Assembly (NCBI GenBank): GCA_002317145.1
Contig: DCIT01000054.1
Coordinates: forward strand, 17,322 to 81,321
Direction: 5' to 3'
Length of the DNA: 64,000 nucleotides
Origin: Bacillales bacterium UBA1719
GTDB lineage: Bacteria > Bacillota_I > Bacilli_A > RFN20 > CAG-826
Shown: piece after piece, positions 18,946-28,916 of the stretch
Numbering within the stretch: the stretch's first letter is position 1
How the letters are laid out: every line of letters begins with the position of its first letter
Program-made: the position numbers and the translations under genes
The notes under the pieces: model-generated
Database searches by the model: none
What the model was told of the DNA's origin: nothing
Seen by the model: only the letters and a program-made list of their open reading frames with translations

Positions 18946-20999
18946 AATTAGCATTAATTGGTAATCAAAACTCTGGTAAAACTTCTTTGTTTAATGCTTT
19001 AACAGGCTCAAATCAAAAAGTTGGTAACTGGCCTGGTGTTACTATTGATAGAGTAGAAGGTAGTATAAAAAAATATCACTCTACAATCGTTGACTTACCT
19101 GGTATTTATTCTTTATCTCCATATACCGCTGAAGAAGAAGTATCACGTCAATTTATATTAAACGAAGATTTAGATTTATTAATCAATATTGTTGATGCTA
19201 CTTCTTTAGAAAGAAGCCTATATTTAACCACTCAATTATTAGAATTAAATGTTGACGTAGTCATAGCATTTAACATGTATGACCTAGTCGAAAAGAAAGG
19301 AATTAAAATCGATATTAAAAAATTATCAAATGAATTAGGTGCAACAATTATTCCTATCTCTGCTAAAACCGGAAAAGGATTAGATGAATTAAAAGAAACA
19401 ATTTTCAAAAAGAAATATTTAAAGAATAAACATAAAAAGATTTACCCAAGTGATATTGAGAAATTTATAGATGATACGATTAAATTTTATAATCACCCTT
19501 GGAAACATAAGTTTCACAAACGTTTCGAAGCAATAAAAGTCTTCGAAGAAGACCGTGATTATAAAATTTTACTCGGCGATAAATTAAAAGCAGAGCATTT
19601 ATTAATTGAAAAGAAATATGCGATGGATGGAGAACAACTTATCGCCTCTTTAAGGTATGACTATATTGAGAAAGTTCGCGATAAATGTGTCACATATCCG
19701 CCTGTTAAAGAAACTAAATCAGATAAACTAGATAAAATTTTCTTACATAAAATTTGGGCTATTCCAATTTTTATTGTAATCATGGGATTAGTTTATTTCT
19801 TATCTATTTCTATTGTTGGTGGATTAACTAATAATTTAATTTCAGCTTTATTTAATGGTTCGGAATCTGTTAAGTTTACTATTGGTTCATTTAGTTGGAA
19901 TGCTCCTATTAAATTAGAAGGATTAGGTCCTTTAATTGCAAGAAGTCTAGGAAATATTGGAGCATCTAAATGGGCAATGTCATTAGTACAAACTGGTGTT
20001 ATTTCTGGTTTAGCAATTGTTGTATCATTTGTACCTCAATTAATTTGTTTATTCCTTTGTTTAGCGATTTTAGAGACAACTGGATATATGTCAAGAATAG
20101 CGTTCTTCTTAGATCGCATATTCCATAAATTAGGATTATCTGGTAAATCATTAATTCCATTTATTGTTGGCGCGGGTTGCACTGTTCCAGGGATAATGTC
20201 TACTCGTACTGTTGAAGATGAAAATGAAAAGAGAGTAACAATTGCATTAGTACCATTTATACCTTGTAATGCGAAGTTAACTATTATCTCTTTAATCTCG
20301 GCAGCGTTCTTTAAACAAATTGGATTCTTAGTTGCATTATCATTCTATTTCTTAGCGATAGTAATTATTATTCTTTCAGCGTTATTTATTAAAAAAGTTT
20401 TAAAAAGAAAAGAACATACGACATTTATTTCTGAGTTACCAGAATATAAATCTCCTAATCCTATATATATAGGTAGAGATGTTTGGGATAAAACTATTGC
20501 TTTCTTTAAACGCGCAGCAACTGTAGTTGTTTTCTTCTCTGTTATTGTTTGGACTTTATCTTCATTTACTCCTTCCTTCCAATATATTGATGGAAGCAAA
20601 TTCACAATTGAACAATCACAATTAAAATATTTAGGTGATGGTATTTCATGGTTCTTCTATTTTATTTTAGGATGTCGATTAGATTGGGCAGCATCAGTGT
20701 CAGCTTTACAAGGATTAATTGCTAAAGAACAAGTTATATCTTCAATGGAAGTTATTGCTAGAACTTCTGGAGCAGCATCAATATTCGCTCCTGGTTCTCC
20801 ATTTGCTTACTTTAATCCAATTACTGCATTTGCATTTGCATCATTTAATTTATTCTCTATCCCTTGTGTTGGATCATTAAGTGCAATGCGTCATGAATTA
20901 AAATCAGCGAAGAAAATGTTTATTGTTATTGCTTGTGAACTTTTATTTGCGTGGTTATTAGCAAGTCTAATTGGTATATGGGGAGTATTTATCAAATGA
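18942..20999 (+). CDS. feoB: Ferrous iron transporter FeoB
   Basis: N-terminal G-domain GNQNSGKTSLFNALTG...DLPGIYSL plus a polytopic membrane domain. Confidence 0.95.
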   Translation: MKLALIGNQNSGKTSLFNALTGSNQKVGNWPGVTIDRVEGSIKKYHSTIVDLPGIYSLSPYTAEEEVSRQFILNEDLDLLINIVDATSLERSLYLTTQLLELNVDVVIAFNMYDLVEKKGIKIDIKKLSNELGATIIPISAKTGKGLDELKETIFKKKYLKNKHKKIYPSDIEKFIDDTIKFYNHPWKHKFHKRFEAIKVFEEDRDYKILLGDKLKAEHLLIEKKYAMDGEQLIASLRYDYIEKVRDKCVTYPPVKETKSDKLDKIFLHKIWAIPIFIVIMGLVYFLSISIVGGLTNNLISALFNGSESVKFTIGSFSWNAPIKLEGLGPLIARSLGNIGASKWAMSLVQTGVISGLAIVVSFVPQLICLFLCLAILETTGYMSRIAFFLDRIFHKLGLSGKSLIPFIVGAGCTVPGIMSTRTVEDENEKRVTIALVPFIPCNAKLTIISLISAAFFKQIGFLVALSFYFLAIVIIILSALFIKKVLKRKEHTTFISELPEYKSPNPIYIGRDVWDKTIAFFKRAATVVVFFSVIVWTLSSFTPSFQYIDGSKFTIEQSQLKYLGDGISWFFYFILGCRLDWAASVSALQGLIAKEQVISSMEVIARTSGAASIFAPGSPFAYFNPITAFAFASFNLFSIPCVGSLSAMRHELKSAKKMFIVIACELLFAWLLASLIGIWGVFIK

Positions 21000-21181
21000 G
21001 TGGTGCAGATATTTTAGTCTTAGTATTAGTCATAGTTTTAATGCTCTTAATTATCTTCTTTAGTTTTGTTATTCCTTTAATTAAAAACAAAGGTAAACCT
21101 CAAAAATGTAAATCTTGTCCAATTAGAGAAGATAAAAAAATAAAACGCGCATTTAAAGATTATAAAAAGAATAGAAAATAA
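20996..21181 (+). CDS. FeoB-associated Cys-rich small membrane protein
   Basis: ATGA overlap with the feoB stop. One TM segment followed by CKSCP. The longer ORF-track start (20951) lies inside feoB. Confidence 0.6.
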   Translation: MSGADILVLVLVIVLMLLIIFFSFVIPLIKNKGKPQKCKSCPIREDKKIKRAFKDYKKNRK

Positions 21182-21199
21182 ACTATATAATAGTTAGGT

Positions 21200-21790
21200 A
21201 TGAATAAAAGAATACTCACTCCTTTATTTCTATTAACTTGTTTATCTTTTTCTGCGTGTGGTAAAAAAACCGTTAAAGTAACCTTAAAAGGTGATGATCA
21301 TTTAACTTGGGAAAAAACAGAAGACAAAGCAGAAGTTAGTAAGGATTATGTAGTGAAAGCTATTCCTGAAAAAGGTTATTTACAATATGAAGATACTTTA
21401 ACTATTTATTCAGGTACCACTCCATTATCATTAGATGCCAAACAATATAAATTCGATGAGTCTTCTCAAACATTAACAATATATAAAGGAAATATTTTTG
21501 GAGATCTCTCAATTGAAAGTCAATCAGAAGAAGGCAATTATACAATAAGTTATGTTTATAGCACTGATTATTATCAAGATTTTGGAACAACCGATTATGT
21601 AACTATTACTCATCCAAATATAGAAAAAATAATTAAACCTATTTCTGGCAAAACAATAAAAACTGAAGATGTGCATGTTTCTCCTGAAAATGTTAAATAT
21701 AGCTATACAAAGGACGGCGATAACGGAAAACTAGTTATTAATAAATCTGAATTTTATCGCAATATAACGATTACATTACCTAATTTATAA
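21200..21790 (+). CDS. Putative lipoprotein, function unknown
   Basis: Signal peptide with a lipobox-like LSFSAC-G. Confidence 0.6.
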   Translation: MNKRILTPLFLLTCLSFSACGKKTVKVTLKGDDHLTWEKTEDKAEVSKDYVVKAIPEKGYLQYEDTLTIYSGTTPLSLDAKQYKFDESSQTLTIYKGNIFGDLSIESQSEEGNYTISYVYSTDYYQDFGTTDYVTITHPNIEKIIKPISGKTIKTEDVHVSPENVKYSYTKDGDNGKLVINKSEFYRNITITLPNL

Positions 21791-21792
21791 TT

Positions 21793-22719
21793 ATGAATAA
21801 AAACAAACAAAGATTTAATCATCGTCATAGACAATCACCAATTTTATTTTCATTTAAAATAAAACAAGAAGATCGTTTATTAAAATTTTTATACGAAAGA
21901 ATAAAAGTAATTCCAAAAGGAAAAATAAAATCTATGCTTGAACATCATCAAGTATTAGTTAATGGAGTTGCGATTACTCGCTTTGATTATTTACTAAGTA
22001 AAGATGATGAAGTTAACATAGTTAAAACAGCATTTAAAGATCATCGAAATATGAAATTACCATTCGATATTCTTTATGAAGATAATGAATTTATAGTTAT
22101 CAACAAACCTAGTGGATTACTCTCCGTCGCAAGTGATAAAGAAACGAGAAGAACTGCATATCGCTATGTTTCTGATTACGTCTATAACAAAGATAAACAT
22201 AATCGTATTTATGTTGTTCATCGTTTAGACGAAGATACTTCAGGAGTATTAATTTTTTCAAAAGATTCTCGTTTAAAAGATGAACTACAATCGCATTGGA
22301 ATGAGATAGTAAAGAAAAGAGGATATTATGCGATTGTGATGGGAAGAATGAATAAAAAAGAAGATACTTTAGTGCATTATTTAAAGAAGAGCTCAGTTAA
22401 TTTAGTTTACATTACTGGTGATCGTAAGAATGGTAAAAAAGCTATAACGCATTATAAAGTTATTAACGAAAATAAAAATTATTCTTTGCTAAATGTGTTG
22501 ATTGATACTGGTAGACAAAATCAGATTAGAGTTCAATTAGGATCTATTAATCATTTTGTTTTAGGTGATGATAAATATGGCGAACCTGATAATCCATTAA
22601 ATAGATTAGCGTTGCATGCTTATCTATTAGAATTTGTTCATCCTCGTACGCATAAAGTTATTAGATTTAATTCTCCAATTCCTAAAGAATTTAGATCTTT
22701 ATTTCCAATAAATAATTAA
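21793..22719 (+). CDS. RluA-family 23S rRNA pseudouridine synthase (S4 domain plus catalytic domain)
   Basis: Catalytic motif HRLDEDTSGVLIFSK. GRQNQIRVQL near the C-terminus. Confidence 0.9.
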   Translation: MNKNKQRFNHRHRQSPILFSFKIKQEDRLLKFLYERIKVIPKGKIKSMLEHHQVLVNGVAITRFDYLLSKDDEVNIVKTAFKDHRNMKLPFDILYEDNEFIVINKPSGLLSVASDKETRRTAYRYVSDYVYNKDKHNRIYVVHRLDEDTSGVLIFSKDSRLKDELQSHWNEIVKKRGYYAIVMGRMNKKEDTLVHYLKKSSVNLVYITGDRKNGKKAITHYKVINENKNYSLLNVLIDTGRQNQIRVQLGSINHFVLGDDKYGEPDNPLNRLALHAYLLEFVHPRTHKVIRFNSPIPKEFRSLFPINN

Positions 22720-22761
22720 ATATTAGTGCATTTATATTAGAAATACTCTAATATATTAGAC

Positions 22762-24339
22762 ATGAAAGAATGGGGCAAAACATTTCTTAACGCTTTATTA
22801 TCGACTCTTCCTGTAGTCGTTATTATTGCTATTTTACATTTCACAAATGTTACTTCATTAAGTGTTGCAGGTGGAACTTTAAATGGACAAGGTGTTCCTT
22901 TATTTGCGATTGGTGCTGTTTTCTTGTTTGTTGGCATTGCTTTATTCTCAATTGGTACTGATAATGCGATGAGTAAAATTGGTAGACACGTTGGTGCTTC
23001 GATGACTGCGCATAAGAATTTAATTGGATTAATTGTTATTGTCTTTTTACTTGGTGTATTTGTTACTATTGCTGAACCTGATTTAGCGGTGTTATCTAAT
23101 CGTTTATTTAATAATGACGTTGTTATGTATTATGTCTTTATTGGTTTAGTTGGATTAGGTGTTGGTGTATTTTTAGTTATTGGTGTTCTTCGTATTTTAT
23201 TTCAAAAGAGTTTAAAAGTATGGTTATTAGCTTTCTATGCTTTATTATTTGCTTTAGCTATATTAGTTGATGAATCGTTTATTCCTGTAGCCTTTGACTC
23301 AGGCGGAGTTACGACAGGTCCTGTTACAGTTCCATTTATTATTGCTTTAGGTGTTGGTATTGCGACTAGCCGTGGTGGTAAATCCAGTAACGCTGACTCA
23401 TTTGGATTAACAGCATTTTGTTCAATTGGACCTTTAATTGTTGTAATGATTTATGGATTAGCTTCTAAACAATTGGAGACTCAATATATTATGGATCCAA
23501 TTCCTTCTGCTTATGAAAGATTCTTACATGCATTTTTATTGTGTTGTCGTAATGTTGGAATAGCAATGGCGCCTGTTATAATATTCTTCTTTATTTATAA
23601 TGCGGTTGTTATTCATTTACCAAAGAAAGAAATATTAAAGATTATAGTTGGATTAATTTATACCTTCATTGGATTAGTAGTTTTCTTAACTGGTGTTGAA
23701 GGTGGATTTACTCCGATAGCGGATTATATTGGTCAAACATTAGTGGATAAACAAGATTTAATATTTATCTTATATTTAGTAGCGGCATTAATTGGATTAG
23801 TGGTTGTATTATGTGAACCTGCGGTTCAAGTATTAGGTAAACAAGTTGAAGTAATTTCTGATGGTATGATTAAGAAAAGAAGTATGATGATTGCTTTATC
23901 TATTGGTATAGGTATCGCTGTTGCTTTAGCAGTTGTTCGTGTTATTTATAAATTCTCAATATTCTATTATTTAGTCCCAGGATATATTCTTGCTTTAGCT
24001 TTAACATTTGTTGTTCCAGATATTTATGTTGGTGTTGCCTTTGACTCAGGTGGAGTTGCTTCTGGTCCGATGACTAGTGCATTTATTTTGCCTTTCACTT
24101 TAGGTGTTGGACATAAATTCTATGAGATTAATAAAGAAACATTAGCATCAGAAATGAGCGAAGGAACATTCCTAGCTAAACAAGCTTTTGGTACAGTGGC
24201 TTTAGTTGCAATGATGCCTTTAATTGTTATTCAATTATTAGGATTAAATGCTAGCTTAATGCAACATCGTTCAATGGTTGCTGCTCGTAAGAGAGTTATG
24301 GATGAAAATGATAATCAAATCATTAATTTTGGAGCGTAA
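22762..24339 (+). CDS. Membrane protein with two DUF1538-like repeats
   Basis: Internal duplication with AFDSGGVTTGPVTVPFIIALGVG and AFDSGGVASGPMTSAFILPFTLGVG. About 12 or more TM segments. Confidence 0.65.
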   Translation: MKEWGKTFLNALLSTLPVVVIIAILHFTNVTSLSVAGGTLNGQGVPLFAIGAVFLFVGIALFSIGTDNAMSKIGRHVGASMTAHKNLIGLIVIVFLLGVFVTIAEPDLAVLSNRLFNNDVVMYYVFIGLVGLGVGVFLVIGVLRILFQKSLKVWLLAFYALLFALAILVDESFIPVAFDSGGVTTGPVTVPFIIALGVGIATSRGGKSSNADSFGLTAFCSIGPLIVVMIYGLASKQLETQYIMDPIPSAYERFLHAFLLCCRNVGIAMAPVIIFFFIYNAVVIHLPKKEILKIIVGLIYTFIGLVVFLTGVEGGFTPIADYIGQTLVDKQDLIFILYLVAALIGLVVVLCEPAVQVLGKQVEVISDGMIKKRSMMIALSIGIGIAVALAVVRVIYKFSIFYYLVPGYILALALTFVVPDIYVGVAFDSGGVASGPMTSAFILPFTLGVGHKFYEINKETLASEMSEGTFLAKQAFGTVALVAMMPLIVIQLLGLNASLMQHRSMVAARKRVMDENDNQIINFGA

Positions 24340-24341
24340 TT

Positions 24342-24743
24342 ATGTCTGAGAAAGTAGAAAATGTAAAACAATTCGCACCTAAGAATTTAGAGAAATTAAA
24401 ATATCTTATTGTCGTGGTTAAAAAAGGACATGGTTTAGCGGTTAATCAATTGTTATTAACTAATGGAGCAGCGATGTCCACATTACTTTATGCTGAAGGA
24501 ACAAAAGATAAATATGTTGCAGATATTTTAGGTGGAGAAGAATCTTCTAAAGAATGTGTCTTAGCTTTAGTAAATGAAAAATATTATCCAAATATTAAAC
24601 ATTTATTAGATTTAAGATTTACTGTATCTGCGGCAAGCAAAGGAATATTAATAACGTTTGATGTTGCATCAATGGCTGGTGTATTAGCGTATAAATTTAG
24701 TGCAGATTTTGAAGGAGCAAGAAATTATGGTAGAGAAAACTAA
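24342..24743 (+). CDS. P-II-like protein 1 (divergent)
   Basis: Small alpha/beta protein starting 2 nt after the DUF1538 gene. The P-II-like pattern is weaker than in the next gene. Confidence 0.5.
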   Translation: MSEKVENVKQFAPKNLEKLKYLIVVVKKGHGLAVNQLLLTNGAAMSTLLYAEGTKDKYVADILGGEESSKECVLALVNEKYYPNIKHLLDLRFTVSAASKGILITFDVASMAGVLAYKFSADFEGARNYGREN

Positions 24744-25074
24744 AGAAAATTTAAATGCGATTTTCTGTATTATCAACAGAGGATTCGTCGATTTAGTAAT
24801 GGTAGCAGCTAAGAAAGCTGGCGCTGGTGGTGGAACTGTTATTCATGCTCGTGGGACCGGAAATAAAGACATGGAAAAATTCTATGGCATTACTGTTTCT
24901 CCTGAAAAAGAAATTGTTATTATCGTTGTTAAAAAAGAGATTACTGAAAAAGTGTTATTAGCAATAAATACAGAAGCTGGATTATCTTCACCAGGTCAAG
25001 GCATTGCCTTTGCATTACCTGTTAGTGATTATCTTGGAATTAATTTAAATCCATCAAGTGGACTAAAGAAATAA
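24727..25074 (+). CDS. P-II-like protein 2
   Basis: NAIFCIINRGFVDLVMVAAKKAGAGGGTVIHARGTG...EKEIVIIVV follows the P-II fold pattern with a T-loop-like ARGTGNKD. The ATG at 24727 is preceded by GGAG. The ORF-track start at 24700 is less likely. Confidence 0.6.
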   Translation: MVEKTKENLNAIFCIINRGFVDLVMVAAKKAGAGGGTVIHARGTGNKDMEKFYGITVSPEKEIVIIVVKKEITEKVLLAINTEAGLSSPGQGIAFALPVSDYLGINLNPSSGLKK

Positions 25075-25926
25075 TTAATTTCTGTGATATAAAGAATAAA
25101 TTTTATTCTTAGGCAAGTTGAGCAATTCACTTGCCTTTTTTATTGCATCCTTAGTAGACATGCCCATATTTTCAAAGTTACGAATTAAATTAACAATATC
25201 TTTTTCTTCAGGCATTTTACTTATCTCTTCGCTGTTACCTTCAACAACAATAACCATTTCACCTTTTAATGATTCTTTATCTAATGATAAAAATTCTTCT
25301 AAATTACCGCGAATATATTCTTCATGTATTTTAGTTAATTCTCTAGCAATGCAAGCTCTTCTAGATCCTAAAATATCAAATAAACTTTTTAATGTTTTAT
25401 CAATGCGATGAGGCGCTTCATAAAATATTAATGTTTCTTTTCTTTTATATAAGTTTCTTAATTCTTCTTTTCTCACGCTTTCTTTTGCATCTAAAAATCC
25501 ATGAAAATAGAAATGTTCAGTATCAAGTCCACTGGCGATTAAAGCATTTAACGCAGCATTAGGACCACTAATAGAAGATATATTAATATCGCTTAATAAA
25601 CAGTCTTTCACTAAAATAGAACCTGGATCAGAGATACAAGGCATTCCAGCATCAGACATATATGCTACTTTATATCCTTCTTTTAATAATTTAATTGCTT
25701 CTTTACTTGCAATTTTCTCATTATGTTCATGACAAGAAACAATATGTTTTTTTATTCCTAATAAATTTAATAATTTACCTGCAACTCTTGTATCTTCGGC
25801 AAAAACATAATCTACTTCTTTTAATACATTTAAAGTACGTGTAGAAACATCTTCTAAGTTTCCAATTGGAGTTGGAATTAAATATAGAATTGGTTTGTTA
25901 CTTTTAAAAGAAGAATTTCTATTCAT
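25075..25926 (-). CDS. rsmI: 16S rRNA (cytidine1402-2'-O)-methyltransferase
   Basis: LYLIPTPIGNLEDVS tetrapyrrole-methylase fold. Last gene of the conserved dnaX...yabC-type cluster. Confidence 0.9.
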   Translation of the reverse strand: MNRNSSFKSNKPILYLIPTPIGNLEDVSTRTLNVLKEVDYVFAEDTRVAGKLLNLLGIKKHIVSCHEHNEKIASKEAIKLLKEGYKVAYMSDAGMPCISDPGSILVKDCLLSDINISSISGPNAALNALIASGLDTEHFYFHGFLDAKESVRKEELRNLYKRKETLIFYEAPHRIDKTLKSLFDILGSRRACIARELTKIHEEYIRGNLEEFLSLDKESLKGEMVIVVEGNSEEISKMPEEKDIVNLIRNFENMGMSTKDAIKKASELLNLPKNKIYSLYHRN

Positions 25927-26723
25927 TATTTTTTAAGCTCTTTTAACGGGATAAATGTTAATCCATCAGGACCTTCACATTTAACAACGCGAGAAACAAT
26001 ATTAAATCCTAATACTTTATAAGTATTTTTATCTTTTTTAATAATTGATCCAACAGGTGGGAAATCTTTTGATTCTCTTGTATATGTTTCATCTTCAAAA
26101 TTTAAACAGCACATTAATTTTCCACAAGATCCAGATAACTTAGCATTATTTAAAGATAGTTGTTGATTCTTGGCTTTATTAATTGATATGCCATCAAAAT
26201 TTTTTAAGAAAGATAAACAACACATTTCTCTTCCGCAAGGTCCAATACCTCCGGTAACACGAGCTTTATCTCTTGCACCAATTTGATGGAAATCAATGCG
26301 TGTATGTAAAAGTTGTGGAAGTACTTTTAATAATTCACGGAAATCAACTCTTCCATCTGCGGTATAAATCAAAGTAACTTTACTACCGTCTAAAACATAT
26401 TCTGCTTCAAGGAAGTTCATATTAAGTTTTAATTTGTTTGCTTCTTCTTCAGCAATTTTAATAGCTTCTTTCGCTCTCTTTTTATTATCTTCATAAATAT
26501 GAATTTCGGTTTTTGTTGGACGACCAATAATTGTAGAAGTTTCTAATTTACTAGTGAATGATTCGATGTTGGTAGATTTAGAAGCAATAGTGCCCATTTC
26601 TTCTCCGCGATCAGTATTAATTAAAACGTATTCTCCTAACTTTAAATCATCGATATCAGTCGCAAATAAAGAAGGTTTTTCATATTTAGAATATTTAACT
26701 TGTACAAGATATTTTTTAACCAT
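25926..26723 (-). CDS. PSP1-domain protein (YaaT/RicT-like)
   Basis: PSP1 C-terminal pattern with CGREMCC and CGKLMCC cysteine motifs. Downstream of holB, as in Bacillus. Confidence 0.85.
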   Translation of the reverse strand: MVKKYLVQVKYSKYEKPSLFATDIDDLKLGEYVLINTDRGEEMGTIASKSTNIESFTSKLETSTIIGRPTKTEIHIYEDNKKRAKEAIKIAEEEANKLKLNMNFLEAEYVLDGSKVTLIYTADGRVDFRELLKVLPQLLHTRIDFHQIGARDKARVTGGIGPCGREMCCLSFLKNFDGISINKAKNQQLSLNNAKLSGSCGKLMCCLNFEDETYTRESKDFPPVGSIIKKDKNTYKVLGFNIVSRVVKCEGPDGLTFIPLKELKK

Positions 26724-26725
26724 AA

Positions 26726-27700
26726 TTACTCCTTAAGTAGATATATAGATAGATGTTCAAATATTGAGGCAATGCTAATATTTAAATCTATTTTACTTTT
26801 TAAACTTATTATTTCTAATAGACTAGATTCAATATGCGGTAAGGCATTTGATAAATCCTTAATTATCTTATCATAAGAAGTTAAGAATATGTGTTCGTTG
26901 TTCTTTATGCGAATCGCGTCTTCAAAGAAACTCGCTAATAAATCTATAAATAATTTTGCGGTTTCTTTGCTATTAATTTTTTCTAATAAATTAGATTCAA
27001 CGAAATACAAAACGTCATCAACATTTGAAAGAGTCTTTAAATAATTTATTAAAGTTTCTTTTAAATCAGGATAAGTCTCATCTTGAATTTTATCTTTGAT
27101 ATTATCAACATTGTTATAAACAAAAGATAATAATTCAGCATCTTCTTTATTAATATTATTTTTAATTGCTTCCTCAATAACATCTTCTCTTTTAGTTAAT
27201 TTTAAAAAGAGCCTTTGACTTCTAGAGATAATTGTTGAGAGTACTCTAGATTCATTTTCTGTGGTTAAAAATGCATATGTATTTTTACCAGGTTCTTCTA
27301 AAAATTTTAATAAAGCATTTATCGCTTGTGCGGTCATGTTTTCCACTAAGTGAATGATATAAATTACTTTGCCTTTAATTTCAATTGCAGTTTTTGAGAA
27401 TGTTGATGTAATATGATCAACATCTTCTTTTTTTATTGTTCCTTTTGAACCGTCTTCAATAATAATATCGGCATATTGATTATTATCGATTCTTAAACAG
27501 GTAATGCAGTTTTCACATGCTAAAGGATTTGGTGAATCACATAATAAAGACTTTGCTAAATATATAGCAGTTTCTTTTAGTGGTGTGCCATAATCTCCAA
27601 CAATTAAATATGCATGTGATAATTGATTAGTGCTTATGGCATTAGAAAAGGTTTTATATATTGATGGTTGTTTATCTTTTAAGTAATCCTTTATATGCAT
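26726..27700 (-). CDS. holB: DNA polymerase III delta' subunit
   Basis: SHAYLIVG clamp-loader N-terminus and a Cys cluster. Position tmk-holB-yaaT. Confidence 0.85.
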   Translation of the reverse strand: MHIKDYLKDKQPSIYKTFSNAISTNQLSHAYLIVGDYGTPLKETAIYLAKSLLCDSPNPLACENCITCLRIDNNQYADIIIEDGSKGTIKKEDVDHITSTFSKTAIEIKGKVIYIIHLVENMTAQAINALLKFLEEPGKNTYAFLTTENESRVLSTIISRSQRLFLKLTKREDVIEEAIKNNINKEDAELLSFVYNNVDNIKDKIQDETYPDLKETLINYLKTLSNVDDVLYFVESNLLEKINSKETAKLFIDLLASFFEDAIRIKNNEHIFLTSYDKIIKDLSNALPHIESSLLEIISLKSKIDLNISIASIFEHLSIYLLKE

Positions 27701-28317
27701 TATTTCTTAATCTTCTTTTTAATAATCTTATAAACTTCTTTCACAATTTCATCACTTGATTTGCTTGCATCGATAACGACATATCTATTTTTATATTGCT
27801 TTGCTAATTTTAAAAATGCTGCACGAACCTTCAAATGGAAATCCATCTTTTCGTTATCTAAGCGATCATCAACGCGATGATTTTTATGAATTCTTGCTAA
27901 GCCAATTTCAGGTTTTAAATCAAATAAGAAAGTTATATCTGGCCAAGTATTTTCAGTCGCAAATAAATTAACTTTTAAAACATCTTCTACTTTAGTATTT
28001 CTCGCTCCACCTTGATAGGCTAAAGAAGAATCTAAATAACGATCACAAACAACTATTTTGCCTTCTTTTAATGCTGGCCATATTTTTTGTACTAAGTGTT
28101 GTCTACGAGAAGCTGCGAATAATAAAATTTCTGTTCTTTTATCCATGGCAGTATTCTTTTTATCTAAGATAACATTGCGAATATCTTCACTTATTGGAGT
28201 GCCACCTGGTTCACGAGTTAATAAAACGTCATAACCATCTTTCACTAATAATTCTTTTATCTTTTTAATAGCAGTGGATTTTCCGCTTCCTTCTCCACCT
28301 TCAAATGTTATAAACAT
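27700..28317 (-). CDS. tmk: Thymidylate kinase
   Basis: FITFEGGEGSGKST P-loop and a DRY motif (CDRYLDSS). Confidence 0.94.
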   Translation of the reverse strand: MFITFEGGEGSGKSTAIKKIKELLVKDGYDVLLTREPGGTPISEDIRNVILDKKNTAMDKRTEILLFAASRRQHLVQKIWPALKEGKIVVCDRYLDSSLAYQGGARNTKVEDVLKVNLFATENTWPDITFLFDLKPEIGLARIHKNHRVDDRLDNEKMDFHLKVRAAFLKLAKQYKNRYVVIDASKSSDEIVKEVYKIIKKKIKK

Positions 28318-28319
28318 AA

Positions 28320-28916
28320 TTAAATTTTCTTCCTCCCTTCCAGAGCTTTAGAAATTGTAAGAGAATCAACATAATCGATTTGTCCGCCCATTGGAAGACC
28401 ATAAGCTAAACGTGTAACAACAACATTTTTCTTCTCTAATAATTTTGCTAAATATAAAGCAGTAGTCTCTCCTTCAATAGTAGGATCAGTAGCAATTATT
28501 ACTTCTTCAATCTTCTCTTCTAAAATACGCTTAAAAAGCGAATCAACATTTAAATCGTTGATTCCAATTCCTTTAATCGCGCTTATCTGTCCATTAAGGA
28601 CATGATAAACTCCATTATAGGAATTGAGTTTTTCAAATGAATAAACATCTTTAGCGTAGGCTAAAACAATAACGGTTTTATGGTCACGCGTTTTATCTTT
28701 ACATATTTCACATTTATCTTCTTCTGTGTTTAAACCACATATTGGGCATGGATGAACTTTTTCTTTGATGTTAAGTAAAGCGTTAGAGAATTCTTTTACA
28801 TCATCATTATCCATGTTTAATATAGCATACGCCATACGTTCTGCTGATTTTCTTCCTACACTTGGTAGGCGAGAAAAAGAATCTATTAATCTGTTAATTG
28901 ATTCTAAATCTTTCAT
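28320..28916 (-). CDS. recR: Recombination protein RecR
   Basis: HhH N-terminus, a C4 zinc finger (CPICG...CEIC) and a Toprim domain. Confidence 0.94.
   Translation of the reverse strand: MKDLESINRLIDSFSRLPSVGRKSAERMAYAILNMDNDDVKEFSNALLNIKEKVHPCPICGLNTEEDKCEICKDKTRDHKTVIVLAYAKDVYSFEKLNSYNGVYHVLNGQISAIKGIGINDLNVDSLFKRILEEKIEEVIIATDPTIEGETTALYLAKLLEKKNVVVTRLAYGLPMGGQIDYVDSLTISKALEGRKKI

Noticed and set aside
20951-20995. Longer N-terminal extensions offered by the ORF track. Affected genes: the Feo small protein (20951), mnmG (35477), the lipoprotein (45331), P-II-like 2 (24700) and sufC (30935).
   Set aside because: The extensions overlap the upstream gene or a terminator hairpin. Downstream ATGs give canonical N-termini (MSGAD..., MNKTFDVIVVGGGHAG..., MKKLKLL... 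lipobox, MVEKTK..., MLMKNLVIKNL...).
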